Assembly (NCBI GenBank): GCA_022750295.1
Contig: JAKIVZ010000007.1
Span: forward strand, 21,808 to 85,807
Length of the DNA: 64,000 nt
Direction of reading: 5' to 3'
Source: Candidatus Lutacidiplasma silvani
GTDB lineage: Archaea > Thermoplasmatota > Thermoplasmata > Lutacidiplasmatales > UBA184
Both the position numbers and the translations under genes were made by a program. The first letter of the stretch is position 1, and each line of letters begins with the position of its first letter. Below are positions 26,135 through 35,402 of this stretch, one piece after another. The notes under the pieces are model-generated. The model was given only the letters and a program-made list of their open reading frames with translations. It had not been told where the DNA came from and searched no databases.

Positions 26135-27040
26135 CTATCCGACGGTCGCGCGGAGCTCGCCGAGCGTCGACTCGTGGGACGACGTGACGTCGTACTTGTG
26201 GATCGACTCTTCCGAGACGGTCCGAACCTGGACCCCGGTCGCATCCGGGAGCGAAGGGAACTTGGCCGGGAGTGACGCCAGCAGGTCGCGAACGACGTCC
26301 TCCACGAACTTCGGATGCCGGTGCGCGGCGAGGACGACGTCGGCCTCGTCGCCGCGCTTCAGGATCGCATACGTCGGCGACGACTGGGCCGCCTCGATCG
26401 CCTCGAGGAGCTCGTCGACCTCGACCTCGGCGCCGTCGGGAAGGTCGAGCGTCAGCCGCGTCCGGTTCCGCTGGTTGTGCGTGACGATCGGCAGGTTCCG
26501 TAGCGATGGGTCCGCGAGCAGGGGAAACTCGGCCGTCAGCTTCTCCCGGGCGGTCTCCATCGCGCAGGGGCAGGCGGTCATCCCGACCGCTTCGCCCGCG
26601 ACCGACCGGGCGACCGAGAGCGAGTCCGGACCCTCCCGGTGGGCGGTCGCCCGGGCGAACAGCCCGAAATTCTCGAGGGAGCGTCGGGCGGGGGAGACTC
26701 CCCGGGTCGCGAAGTACTCCGCCTGCGCCTCAACCTCGGAACGGGTCGCGTATGGGTGACGGACCAGAAGCTCGCGAGCGATGGAGGCGCAGGCCGATTC
26801 CAGGCTCGAGACCGGTCGTTGCGAGGTCCAGTCCACGACCTCGGCGAGGAGCTCGGCGTTCCGGGAGAGATCGGACCCTTTCCGGGTCGACGGAAGGTCG
26901 ACCGCGACCGCAAACGCCACCGTCAGGGTCACCTGTCGGCCGGGACGCTGCACGACGAGCGGCTTCTTGACGGCCGCGACTCCGACGCGATGGAGCCCGA
27001 GCCGGTCGTGGGCGGGGGCGAGCGCGTGGACGTCCCGCAT
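26135..27040 (-). CDS. mptA: GTP cyclohydrolase MptA / FolE2 family (type IB/IV)
   Basis: DVH...LHRVGV, KGSDLSRN, GMTACPCA, THNQRN and EESIHKYDV follow the FolE2/MptA motif order. Start taken at MRDVH (27040); an upstream ATG at 27091 is possible. Confidence 0.8.
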   Translation of the reverse strand: MRDVHALAPAHDRLGLHRVGVAAVKKPLVVQRPGRQVTLTVAFAVAVDLPSTRKGSDLSRNAELLAEVVDWTSQRPVSSLESACASIARELLVRHPYATRSEVEAQAEYFATRGVSPARRSLENFGLFARATAHREGPDSLSVARSVAGEAVGMTACPCAMETAREKLTAEFPLLADPSLRNLPIVTHNQRNRTRLTLDLPDGAEVEVDELLEAIEAAQSSPTYAILKRGDEADVVLAAHRHPKFVEDVVRDLLASLPAKFPSLPDATGVQVRTVSEESIHKYDVTSSHESTLGELRATVG

Positions 27041-27111
27041 CGGCCGGCCACGGCGGGGTGCGCTTTTCAGCTTGTCCGTCGGCGGCCGCATCGGCCCTCG
27101 GGTCGCGGTGA

Positions 27112-27120
27112 ACTTATACC
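27112..27120 (+). promoter_or_regulatory. TATA-like box for the DUF59 gene
   Basis: ACTTATACC is centred about 26 nt upstream of the GTG at 27142. Confidence 0.35.
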
Positions 27121-27141
27121 GCGAAGGGAGCTCTCCGGACC

Positions 27142-27582
27142 GTGAGCGAAAGTTTCTCGGCCCCCTCCTCCCCGCCCGCGACGCCCGCCCCGCCGTCCTC
27201 GGCGCCCGCGACCCCGGCGGCGCCCGCGTTCGTCCCGCCCCCGAAGGGAGGCGCCCCGACGCCCGCCCCCGGCCCGCACATGGAGACCGAGGTGCTCATC
27301 ATCAAGGAACTGAAGAAGATCTACGACCCCGAGATCCCGATGAACATCGTGGACCTCGGCCTTGTCTACAGTTTCGAGTGGGGACCGTCGGACGACGTCG
27401 TCCTCCACATGACGCTCACCGCCCCGGGATGTCCGGTGGCGGGGATCCTCGCCGACGAGATCCAGGGGGCCGTCGAGAAGGTCCCGAATGTGGCGAAGGC
27501 AAAGGTCGACTACATCTGGGACCCGCCATGGACCCCCGAGCGGATGAGCGATTTCGCGAAGCGGCAGTTCGGGTATCTCTAG
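27142..27582 (+). CDS. DUF59 / SufT-like (MIP18 family) Fe-S assembly protein with a Pro/Ala-rich N-extension
   Basis: LKKIYDPEIPMNIVDLGLVY...LTAPGCPVAG...DPPWTPERMS is the classical DUF59 core. A 46-aa PAPP-rich leader precedes an internal Met (27280), which is an alternative start. Confidence 0.85.
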   Translation: MSESFSAPSSPPATPAPPSSAPATPAAPAFVPPPKGGAPTPAPGPHMETEVLIIKELKKIYDPEIPMNIVDLGLVYSFEWGPSDDVVLHMTLTAPGCPVAGILADEIQGAVEKVPNVAKAKVDYIWDPPWTPERMSDFAKRQFGYL

Positions 27583-30011
27583 CCGCGCCGTCGCGCCCAG
27601 TAGAGGGCGATCGCCACGACGACGCCCAGAATCGCGATCCCGATCAGCCCGAGTTCGAGGAGCCCGAGCGGCAGCGCGGTCCCCATCGAGGGCGGGGCGG
27701 GACCCGCGTTCACCGCGAACGGCTGCGACGCATGCGCCGCGTCGCCGACGCTGTCGGTCGCCGTGACCGCGATCGAGAAGTTTCCGGTCGAAGTCACGAC
27801 GCAGGAGACCTCGTTGCTCGTATCTCCGGGGCATCCGGTGGGGAGCCCGCTCCAGGTGTAGACAAACGCGCCGGAACCGCCCGACGTCGTCGCCGTGAAG
27901 TTGACGAGCGCTCCGATCGCCGCCGGGGACGCACCGACCGAGAGGACGACCGCCGGAGCCGCGGATCCCTCGACCGTCGCGACGTTGGAATCGGCGGTCT
28001 CCCCGAGCGAGTCCCGGACGGCGACCGAGACCGTCGAGTCACCGGACGACCCGAGCGTGCAGTTGGCGACCGGTCCGACCGGAACGCAGCCGGCCGGGAG
28101 CCCGGCCCAAACGTAGGCGAACGGAGCCGTGCCTCCGGTCACGTCGACCGAGAGGTGGAACGGGAACCCGACGTCCGCCGGGACGAGGGCGGTCGCCAGA
28201 TCCGCGCCCAGGGGCCCGTGGACCTCGACGACGCCCCCGGACGGGGCGAACCACGCTCCGACCGAGTCGGAGACGTTGAGGAATACGATCAGATTCCCCG
28301 CGAGCGTCGGTTGGCAGTCGACCGTGGGCCCGCGGCCCGAGCAGACCGAGGGCAGGGACCAGGCGTAGACGTACCCCCCGGACCCACCCGAGACGTCGGC
28401 CTGGAAGGCGACCCCCTGGCCGACGTCGACGGCGCTCCGATTCGCCCCGATCGAAGCCGCGAGCTTCGGAAACACCACGTAGGCCAGCGAGCCCGAATCC
28501 ACCACCGAACCGTTCGCATCGCGGACCGACACGCTGAGGTTCGTCGCCCCGGCGGCGGTCGGCGCGCACGAGACCCCCGTCGCATTCGCGGGGTTGCACC
28601 CGGCCGGGAGCCCGGACCACGTCACCACGTAGTACCCGAACCCGCCCGAGACCGTGACGTTGAACGCCGCCTCGAAGCCGACGTCGTCGCCGGCCGCCGG
28701 GTCCGCCGTCACTCCGCTGACCGCGAGAGGTCCGGGGACCGTGATGGTGACCGTCGAGGAGGGGCCGTCGACGTCGGATTGTTTGTCAAACCCGTAGGCG
28801 GCGAGGTGGTAGACCCCCGGTCCCCCGGCCGTCCAGTTCCACGTTTGGTTCACGAACCCCTGCAGGACTCCGTTGAGCGACCAGAGCGCCCGGTAGGGGG
28901 CGACGCCCCCGAGGATCGTGGCGGTCAGGTTGACGACGCTCCCGGCCGGCGGGGTGGTCGGAGTGGCGTTCAGGGTCACCGAGGTCATCGGCTTCGGGTC
29001 GGTCTCGAACCGGAATCCGTAGGCGGGGTCCACCATCGAGAAGTTCTGTCCGTCGGCCCACCGCGGTCCGTATCCGGTCCCCGCGGCCGTGTCCACGTAG
29101 AAACTCTGCGGGACCCCGGGTCCGATCGCTTGTTCGGATTCGCTGGAGGCGTAGCACATCGTCGAGGTCTGGTAGTCGAACTCATCGGACCACGGGGTGT
29201 ACGCGGTGATGTATGTGCCGTTCGCGTAGAGGTAGTCGAGTCGGGGGAGATGGGTGTAATCCGGGCACGAAGTGGCCGTGAGGTTGACGGTCTCGGTCAT
29301 CGGCCCCGTGTAGTACCCGTTCGAGTTCGCATTCTGGCCGAGGAAGATCCACGAGGTCCCGCCGCTATCGGGCTGCGTCTGGCAGTCGGTCGTGGAGTGG
29401 CCGGAGGTGATGTCGTCGAGCTCGAGGCACCCGTCGCCGGAGCTGAAGTAGAGCGTGAATTCAACCAGGTCGCCGAGCGAGAGCGAGACCGTGCTCGTGC
29501 AGTTCACGGGCCCGCTCCCCTGGGCGTCGTTCCACACCTCGGTGACCTCCTCGAACCCCGAGTTGCATCCGGGCCAGTTGTCTCCCACGACGATCTGCCA
29601 CCAGTCGCCGCTGTTGGTGAGGCCGTTCAGCTCGTAGCCGGTGCTGTACGGGCTATTGACGAGTTTCACGTACTCCGAGATCCGCTTCATTCCCGTCGCC
29701 GAGCTGTCGTTGAGCTGGGCGAACGTCGCCCCCTCCTGGGTGTACCACGTCTCCGATTGGGCGGGTCGAGGAACCGCGCTCGCCAGGGCGTTCCCGAACC
29801 CGAGCGGAGGCGGTCGGCGAACGTCGGGGGGTGGGGCAACCGAGGAGGTGCGGGGGGAGGCGCCCACCGCCGGGGCCGGGCCGACCGTCGTGGGGCGTTC
29901 CCCGACGGCGGCGGGAATCGACGACCCGAGGACCAAGGCCGCCAGCAGGAGTGCGAGAACGCCGCCGGTGCGGACGAGCGGGCGACGAGCGGAGAGCATG
30001 GGGCGATCCAT
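27579..30011 (-). CDS. large secreted surface protein: N-terminal beta-sandwich-like domain + at least 5 Cys-bracketed PKD/Ig-like repeats + C-terminal TM anchor
   Basis: Signal peptide MDRPMLSARRPLVRTGGVLALLLAALVLGSSIPAAVG. Repeats of the type GGxxxYxxxWxGLPAGC...C.P...G....V.V.D..G. The C-terminus is LGLIGIAILGVVVAIALYWARRRG. Its stop shares a CTAG with the DUF59 gene stop. Confidence 0.85.
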   Translation of the reverse strand: MDRPMLSARRPLVRTGGVLALLLAALVLGSSIPAAVGERPTTVGPAPAVGASPRTSSVAPPPDVRRPPPLGFGNALASAVPRPAQSETWYTQEGATFAQLNDSSATGMKRISEYVKLVNSPYSTGYELNGLTNSGDWWQIVVGDNWPGCNSGFEEVTEVWNDAQGSGPVNCTSTVSLSLGDLVEFTLYFSSGDGCLELDDITSGHSTTDCQTQPDSGGTSWIFLGQNANSNGYYTGPMTETVNLTATSCPDYTHLPRLDYLYANGTYITAYTPWSDEFDYQTSTMCYASSESEQAIGPGVPQSFYVDTAAGTGYGPRWADGQNFSMVDPAYGFRFETDPKPMTSVTLNATPTTPPAGSVVNLTATILGGVAPYRALWSLNGVLQGFVNQTWNWTAGGPGVYHLAAYGFDKQSDVDGPSSTVTITVPGPLAVSGVTADPAAGDDVGFEAAFNVTVSGGFGYYVVTWSGLPAGCNPANATGVSCAPTAAGATNLSVSVRDANGSVVDSGSLAYVVFPKLAASIGANRSAVDVGQGVAFQADVSGGSGGYVYAWSLPSVCSGRGPTVDCQPTLAGNLIVFLNVSDSVGAWFAPSGGVVEVHGPLGADLATALVPADVGFPFHLSVDVTGGTAPFAYVWAGLPAGCVPVGPVANCTLGSSGDSTVSVAVRDSLGETADSNVATVEGSAAPAVVLSVGASPAAIGALVNFTATTSGGSGAFVYTWSGLPTGCPGDTSNEVSCVVTSTGNFSIAVTATDSVGDAAHASQPFAVNAGPAPPSMGTALPLGLLELGLIGIAILGVVVAIALYWARRRG

Positions 30012-30255
30012 CCGGACGGAATTCAACGTCGGGCGGGGATGATAAGCATACGCCCGAGCTCCCGAATTGGGGACCGTCGGCGAGTCGGGGAATCCCCGGC
30101 GCTGGGCCCACCGTCGCAGGGGAGCGCCGGGCGGGCGCGTCCGTCGACCGCGGCGGAAGCACCTCCACTCCACGAGCGACTCCCGCGCGCCGGCTACTCC
30201 GCAGGACGGACGTTAAGAGACGGCCGCCCTCGGCGGCCCGAGGAACGGGGAGCCG

Positions 30256-30969
30256 ATGAGCGAGTATCTCGATGAGCTCGAGACCGAGCGGACGATGAAA
30301 GATCAGTTCATGGCCCGGCACGCCGAGTCGCCGTTCGTCCAGGCATCGATGTACGACTTCCAGGGCCTCCTGTACTTTCCCCCGGACGAGAAGTACCGGA
30401 TTCCCGCGTCGCTCGAGCGCCTGAAGGAGCCGAAAGAGGCGTTCCTCCGCACGAACCGCGATGGGCAAGCGGCGATGCGCTGGCTCGGGGACCTCCGGTT
30501 CACGTTGGGAGGACGCGCCCTTCGGCTGCGAGTCTACCACGCCGGCGAAGGCGTCGGAACCTCCGTGTTCATTCCGTTCCGGGACGGGACGAGCGGCCGC
30601 GAGTCCTATGGCCCCGGGCGCTACCTCACCCTCGAGCTCAGCGAGTCCGACACCTACGAACTGGACTTCAATCGGGCGTTCAATCCGTATTGCGCGTACA
30701 CCGACACGTTCGAGTGCGGCTTCCCGCCCGCGGAGAACGACCTGCCGATCCCGATCCGGGCCGGGGAAAAGGTCTGGTCCGCCGAGCGGAACCCCCGGAC
30801 CCCGTCGAGCGCCGTGATCGCGCTCCTTCCCCCACGACCGGCCGCGAAGAAGCTCCCAGCGAAGGCGCCGGCGGCCCCGAAGGCGAAGCGCGCGCCACCG
30901 AAGCGGCGGACGACCGCCCGTCGTGCGTCGCCGCCCGCCAAGAAGCCCGCGCGCAAGGGCCGCCGCTGA
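30256..30969 (+). CDS. DUF1684-family protein with a Lys/Ala/Pro-rich basic tail
   Basis: YFPPDEKYRIPA, TLGGRALRLRVY, FIPFRDGTSGRESYGPGRYL and FNRAFNPYCAY match the DUF1684 pattern. The last roughly 50 aa are AKKLPAKAPAAPKAKRAPPKRR...KKPARKGRR. Confidence 0.8.
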   Translation: MSEYLDELETERTMKDQFMARHAESPFVQASMYDFQGLLYFPPDEKYRIPASLERLKEPKEAFLRTNRDGQAAMRWLGDLRFTLGGRALRLRVYHAGEGVGTSVFIPFRDGTSGRESYGPGRYLTLELSESDTYELDFNRAFNPYCAYTDTFECGFPPAENDLPIPIRAGEKVWSAERNPRTPSSAVIALLPPRPAAKKLPAKAPAAPKAKRAPPKRRTTARRASPPAKKPARKGRR

Positions 30970-31608
30970 TCACAGGTGCGGCGCGACGGCGAAGATGCCG
31001 TCGAGCACGAACTGGACGCCGACCGCCGCGAGGACCAGCCCGAGGACGCGCGTCAGCGCCATGACGCCGACCCGCCCGAGGGCGCGAAGGATCCCGGCCC
31101 CGTACCGGAGGACCACGAACGTCGCAGCGGTCGTGATCCCGATGGCCACGAACGTGGCGAGGATCGAGAGCGGGTTCCCGCCCGCCGACCCCTCGTAGAT
31201 CATCACGGTCGAAATCGCCCCGGGGCCTGCGAGAAGCGGGATGCCCAGCGGAACGACCGCCACTTCATCGCGCCGGGCCAGCGCGTCGGCCCGGTCGGCC
31301 TCCCCGAGCCGGGTGCGGGTCAGTTCTCCGTTCAACATCTCGAAGGCGACCCAGAAGAGGAGGATCCCGCCCGCGATCTCGAAGGCGCCAAGGGAGAACC
31401 CGAACGCGAGGAACAGGAATCGCCCGGCGATGGCAAAGACGGTCAGGATCGTCCCCAGGACCATCACCGCGCGTCGGAGGACGATCTGGCGGTCGGCCGG
31501 CGAGAACCCCTCGGTCAGCGCGACGAAGAACGGCAAGGTCCCGATCGGGTCGACGATCGCGAAGACGCTGACGACGACCGCGATGAAGAAGCCGGCCTCG
31601 GTGTCCAT
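30970..31608 (-). CDS. MarC-family (UPF0056) integral membrane protein
   Basis: FAIVDPIGTLPFFVALT, six hydrophobic segments, about 210 aa. Its stop abuts the DUF1684 stop with no spacer. Confidence 0.9.
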   Translation of the reverse strand: MDTEAGFFIAVVVSVFAIVDPIGTLPFFVALTEGFSPADRQIVLRRAVMVLGTILTVFAIAGRFLFLAFGFSLGAFEIAGGILLFWVAFEMLNGELTRTRLGEADRADALARRDEVAVVPLGIPLLAGPGAISTVMIYEGSAGGNPLSILATFVAIGITTAATFVVLRYGAGILRALGRVGVMALTRVLGLVLAAVGVQFVLDGIFAVAPHL

Positions 31609-31727
31609 CGCTCGGCCGGTCGGATACGGGCGGGTCTATAGGCTCTCCGGAGTCCCCGCTCGACGTCGGGCGGTCCTCGGGAGTCTTTCCGTATGGACTA
31701 TCTACCGGATGGAAGGCTCGGTACGCC

Positions 31728-32141
31728 GTGGGAGGCGGGGACGGCCGCGAGGCAGGGTCCCCGGAGCGCCGGTACAAGGGCTACCGGGTCTACGCCTACA
31801 TCGCGCTGGCGCGCCTCTTCGCCGAATTGAACCTTGACCTCGAGCAGCCCGACCTCGCCGAACGGGTCGGCGTTGCGCTCGGAAACTACCAGGGCCGCGT
31901 CACGAAGGAAGAGATCCTCCACGCGATCCGGTCGAACTCCCACATGACCGAGAAGGTCCTCTCGTACCTGGCCGGCGAGGGGTTCGCGAGCGTCGGGAGG
32001 GACGACCGGGGGTACGACGTCCGGATCACCCCCGCCGGAGCGGAGCACCTCCGCCGGTACCACCGGCTCTATCGCGAGCTGTACGGTCGCGAGCTCGCGG
32101 AGCACTACCGGTACGTCCGGTCGCCCGAATGGCTCGGATGA
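31728..32141 (+). CDS. hypothetical winged-helix-like protein
   Basis: Protein-like composition and a wHTH-like segment (EKVLSYLAGEGFASVGRDDRGYDVRITPAGAEHL). A TATA-like ACTATCTA lies about 28 nt upstream of the GTG at 31728. Confidence 0.55.
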   Translation: MGGGDGREAGSPERRYKGYRVYAYIALARLFAELNLDLEQPDLAERVGVALGNYQGRVTKEEILHAIRSNSHMTEKVLSYLAGEGFASVGRDDRGYDVRITPAGAEHLRRYHRLYRELYGRELAEHYRYVRSPEWLG

Positions 32142-32148
32142 GCGCGGA

Positions 32149-32961
32149 TTAGGGAACGCCGAGGACGTACGGCACGAAGTCGTACGTCCCGTCGGGGCCC
32201 TCGGAGATGATCTCCGTGGCGACCCGGTAGCGCGAGAACCCCCGCGAGAGGAACGCGGGCCGGCCCACGGCCCACTCGTAGACGTCCTCGGGGAGCGGGA
32301 TCGCGCCGGTCCGGAGCAAAATGAGCCGGACCGGGACGGCCGAGAGTCGCCCGACCACGGCTTGCGCGTCCTCGGCGAGCCGCCCGAGGTCGGCGGTGGT
32401 CGGGGCGTCGGGGCCGACCCTCGCGAGAACGGCGAAGCCGGGGTCGCCTCGCCCCAACGCGCGCCACAGCACCCCGCCCGGGCGCTCAATGACGAGCTCG
32501 AACGCCACCGAGCGGCCCCGACCGGGATACTCGACGCGGTAGCGCAGCGCCTCGGGATGGTCTTCGAGGAATTTTTGGATCGTCGGGCTCGACTGCGCGA
32601 GATACCGGCCGAGCCGTTCGACCGGGGTCCTCCCGGCCGGGACCTTCACGACGGGGTCGGCCTCGCGAAGGAGCCGGATCGCCCGATGACGGAGCACGAA
32701 CGTCCGGAAGAATCCGTCCGTTTCCCGCACCAGGATGAGGGCGATCACTCCGGCGATGAGACCGATCACCGAGAGGATCGCGATGGTGACATCGTGGCCG
32801 AACGTGATCAACGTCACGAAGGCGAGGAGGACGATCCACAGGACGAGGATGGTCGCCGTGTATCGGTACATCCGGCGGACCGTCGGCGCGAGCTGGGCCA
32901 CGCGGTCGGACAGGTCGAAGATCGCCGAGATCGGGTCTTCGACGCCTCGGGGCGGATTCAC
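32149..32961 (-). CDS. hypothetical membrane protein with a cytoplasmic C-terminal domain
   Basis: Two long TM helices (ATILVLWIVLLAFVTLITF, IAILSVIGLIAGVIALILV) then a roughly 190-aa soluble domain of unknown family. Confidence 0.6.
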   Translation of the reverse strand: MNPPRGVEDPISAIFDLSDRVAQLAPTVRRMYRYTATILVLWIVLLAFVTLITFGHDVTIAILSVIGLIAGVIALILVRETDGFFRTFVLRHRAIRLLREADPVVKVPAGRTPVERLGRYLAQSSPTIQKFLEDHPEALRYRVEYPGRGRSVAFELVIERPGGVLWRALGRGDPGFAVLARVGPDAPTTADLGRLAEDAQAVVGRLSAVPVRLILLRTGAIPLPEDVYEWAVGRPAFLSRGFSRYRVATEIISEGPDGTYDFVPYVLGVP

Positions 32962-33097
32962 ACCGTTCGCTCTGGGCCGGGATAGATAAACCCCTCCGAA
33001 AGAAAGGCGACTGGCAGCGCAGGGGCGGAGTCCCTCCCTTTTCAGCGCGGGAACGGGTTCGTCGTTTCGCCGAAGCGTCGAGCGCCGGTCGGCCGGC

Positions 33098-33493
33098 TCA
33101 CGACGGGACCGCGGCGGTCACGACCTTGCGGGCCGGGTCGACGAGGTACAGGAGGCCCGCCAGGAAGACGAACAGCGCTCCGAGGAACGCGAGCAAGTTC
33201 GCCCCGAGGCCCAGCATCGCCCAACCGACCACCGACACCACGATCAGCAGGACCCCCGCGACGGCGGAGCCGTCCGTCCCTTCGCGCCGCCCGAGGCTCG
33301 CGAAGACGACCGCGAGCGCCGCGACCACGAACAGGACGAGCGCGGTGCCGGCCGCATCGATCGCCGCGAACGGGTGGCCGAGCGCGCCGAGCACCGTCCC
33401 GAAGGCGAGCGCCACGACCGCCCCGAGCGCGAAGAGCCCGGCGCCGAGCCAGGCGAAGAGGTGGCCAAGTCCTTTCCAGCTAGTTTCTGACAT
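33098..33493 (-). CDS. small polytopic membrane protein (4 predicted TM)
   Basis: From the internal ATG MSETSWKGLGHLFAWLGAGLFALGAVVALAF... the sequence is almost entirely hydrophobic helices. The upstream part of the ORF is not protein-like. Confidence 0.6.
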   Translation of the reverse strand: MSETSWKGLGHLFAWLGAGLFALGAVVALAFGTVLGALGHPFAAIDAAGTALVLFVVAALAVVFASLGRREGTDGSAVAGVLLIVVSVVGWAMLGLGANLLAFLGALFVFLAGLLYLVDPARKVVTAAVPS

Positions 33494-33816
33494 TTGAGTA
33501 TTCACCCCCTGATGATTGGCTCCGCACCGAGAATCCCCGGGAGGTGGGGGCCGATGCGGGCGTTTCCGTCCCAAGGTTTGCCGGAATCGTACTTGAATCT
33601 ATGTGCCGGCCGTACGCTAGCACGTGCCGGATGGAACGGATTCTCCGACAGGGCGGATCCACCGGATCCCTCGGTCCGGCCGCCGACCTCGTGCGAGCCG
33701 GCCTCCCAAGACCGGTATCGGATCCGGGCCGCCCGTATCGCCAAATAAACCCCCCAGTAAGAGTGGGCGGACCGATTCGTCCGTGGCCCACGATGCCACG
33801 GGTCGACCTCGCAGGG

Positions 33817-35268
33817 ATGGTGAACCCCATGCGAGCCCCGCCGAACCGAACGCCGCACCTGCCTGCGCCGACTGCCCGACCGTCCGCGGTGAAGCGGCGT
33901 CCGTTCGCCACGGGAGCGATCCTCGCCCTGGCCACCGCGGTGCTCCTGCTCCCGGGAACGCTCGCGTCCGCCGGTGCCAGCCCGAGCGCCGCGCCGACAA
34001 CGCTGGCGAACGTCGCGAACCCCGGTCCGAGCGAAAGTTGGGCCTGGGGCGCCCTCGCCAACTTCTCCGCCTCCGTCGAGTACGTGGGGGCCTACAACAA
34101 TTCGATGAACCTCACCGGCGGAAATCTGACGAGCTCCGGCGCGTACGTGGCGCTCTCGGAGTCCGTCGGCGTCGAATACGCGACCTTCGTGGTCGTCAAC
34201 GCGACGACGCCGACGGCCGGGAACCGGTACGTGCAGGTGGAGGCGGCCGAGCTCCGCGCGGAGCACATCGCGGTCGCGGCATCGGGCACCTTCCCGGTCG
34301 CCGGCAACTACACCGCGAACGCGACGATCCCGCTCGCGAACCAGAACTTCTCGCTGGCGGCCTCGGTCGAGGTGCTGGACCTCGCGGCGGCGTACCTGAA
34401 CTTCACGACCGGGTCGAACGGCTCGCTTGCCCTGGCGAACGAGCACATCGCCTACGTGGAGGGGGTCAACGTCTCGCTCGCCGCGCGCGAGTTCCCCAAC
34501 GTGACGTCCGGCGCCGCGGGGGACCTGGCGATCAAATACGTCACCGGGACGATCGCCGCGAGCGCGTGGCTCGCGGAGAACCTCACCGCGACGTTCTCCC
34601 CGGCGCTCCCGCTCGTCGAGGGACCCCTCTTCGTCGGGAAGAGCTGGAATGCGACGTCGAACGCCTCGTTCGCCGGCACCGTCGCGTGGGCGGAGACCAC
34701 GCACGTCCTCACGGCGAGCGGAGCGACCGCGTCGAGCTCGACCGCCGGGTCGGCTTCGGCGAACGCCACCGTGCCCGTCGCCCTCGACTGCACGGTTCTC
34801 GGCACCACGGTGGTCCGCGACCCGAACGGCACTCCCGAGACCGACGACGTCATCGCGTGCGCCAATGCGACAGGGAGCGAGGCGTACCTCGCCGCCAACG
34901 GGCTGCTCGTCCTTCCGACGGCGAACCCGAGCGGGACGTCCGGCCTCGACGCCGCCGTTCCCGAGCACCCGGCGACGGCGCCGGCCGAACCGGCGGCGCA
35001 AGCCCGTGGCGAATCGCTCTATTCGCCCGCGCGCGGTCTCGCAGCGTCGGAGCGGGCCTCGCCCGCCTCCGGGGATGCGGTCACCGCGAGCCCGATGACC
35101 CCCGCGGCGGCCCACGCGGCGATGCGAACTCTCGGCGCCCCCGTCCGCCCCGCCCCAGCCCCCTGGTTCCCATCGGACGGGCTCCTCGTGGCCGTGGTCA
35201 TGGTCTCGGCACTGGGGACGATCGGTGCGATCGCCATCCACGCGCGGCGGAGCCGGAGAATCCCGTAA
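33817..35268 (+). CDS. heavily N-glycosylation-sequon-rich surface protein with a C-terminal TM anchor
   Basis: Signal-like FATGAILALATAVLLLPGTLASAGA. I count 18 N-x-S/T sequons. C-terminal TM LLVAVVMVSALGTIGAIAI + HARRSRR. The start could be 33793, 33817 or 33829. Confidence 0.7.
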   Translation: MVNPMRAPPNRTPHLPAPTARPSAVKRRPFATGAILALATAVLLLPGTLASAGASPSAAPTTLANVANPGPSESWAWGALANFSASVEYVGAYNNSMNLTGGNLTSSGAYVALSESVGVEYATFVVVNATTPTAGNRYVQVEAAELRAEHIAVAASGTFPVAGNYTANATIPLANQNFSLAASVEVLDLAAAYLNFTTGSNGSLALANEHIAYVEGVNVSLAAREFPNVTSGAAGDLAIKYVTGTIAASAWLAENLTATFSPALPLVEGPLFVGKSWNATSNASFAGTVAWAETTHVLTASGATASSSTAGSASANATVPVALDCTVLGTTVVRDPNGTPETDDVIACANATGSEAYLAANGLLVLPTANPSGTSGLDAAVPEHPATAPAEPAAQARGESLYSPARGLAASERASPASGDAVTASPMTPAAAHAAMRTLGAPVRPAPAPWFPSDGLLVAVVMVSALGTIGAIAIHARRSRRIP

Positions 35269-35402
35269 GGACCGGACCGAAACCCTTCCGGGGGAGGGGC
35301 GGTCCGCTCCTCCCCCGATCTCAAGACGGGCCGGAACGCTCGAGGCCAACGCCGAGCGAGGTCAAGGGAACGAAGGGGTTGGCCCGCGCGGCGAGACTCC
35401 CG

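Noticed and set aside
26781-30275. 1164-aa plus-strand ORF, the longest in the window
   Set aside because: It is antisense to the PKD/Ig-repeat surface protein, whose frame shows a signal peptide, repeats and a TM anchor. This ORF is Arg/Gly/Asp/Pro low complexity throughout.
33508-33620. Possible C/D-box sRNA (CTGATGA at about 33508)
   Set aside because: No CTGA D box occurs within the next roughly 100 nt and there are no terminal complementary ends, so it is a chance match.
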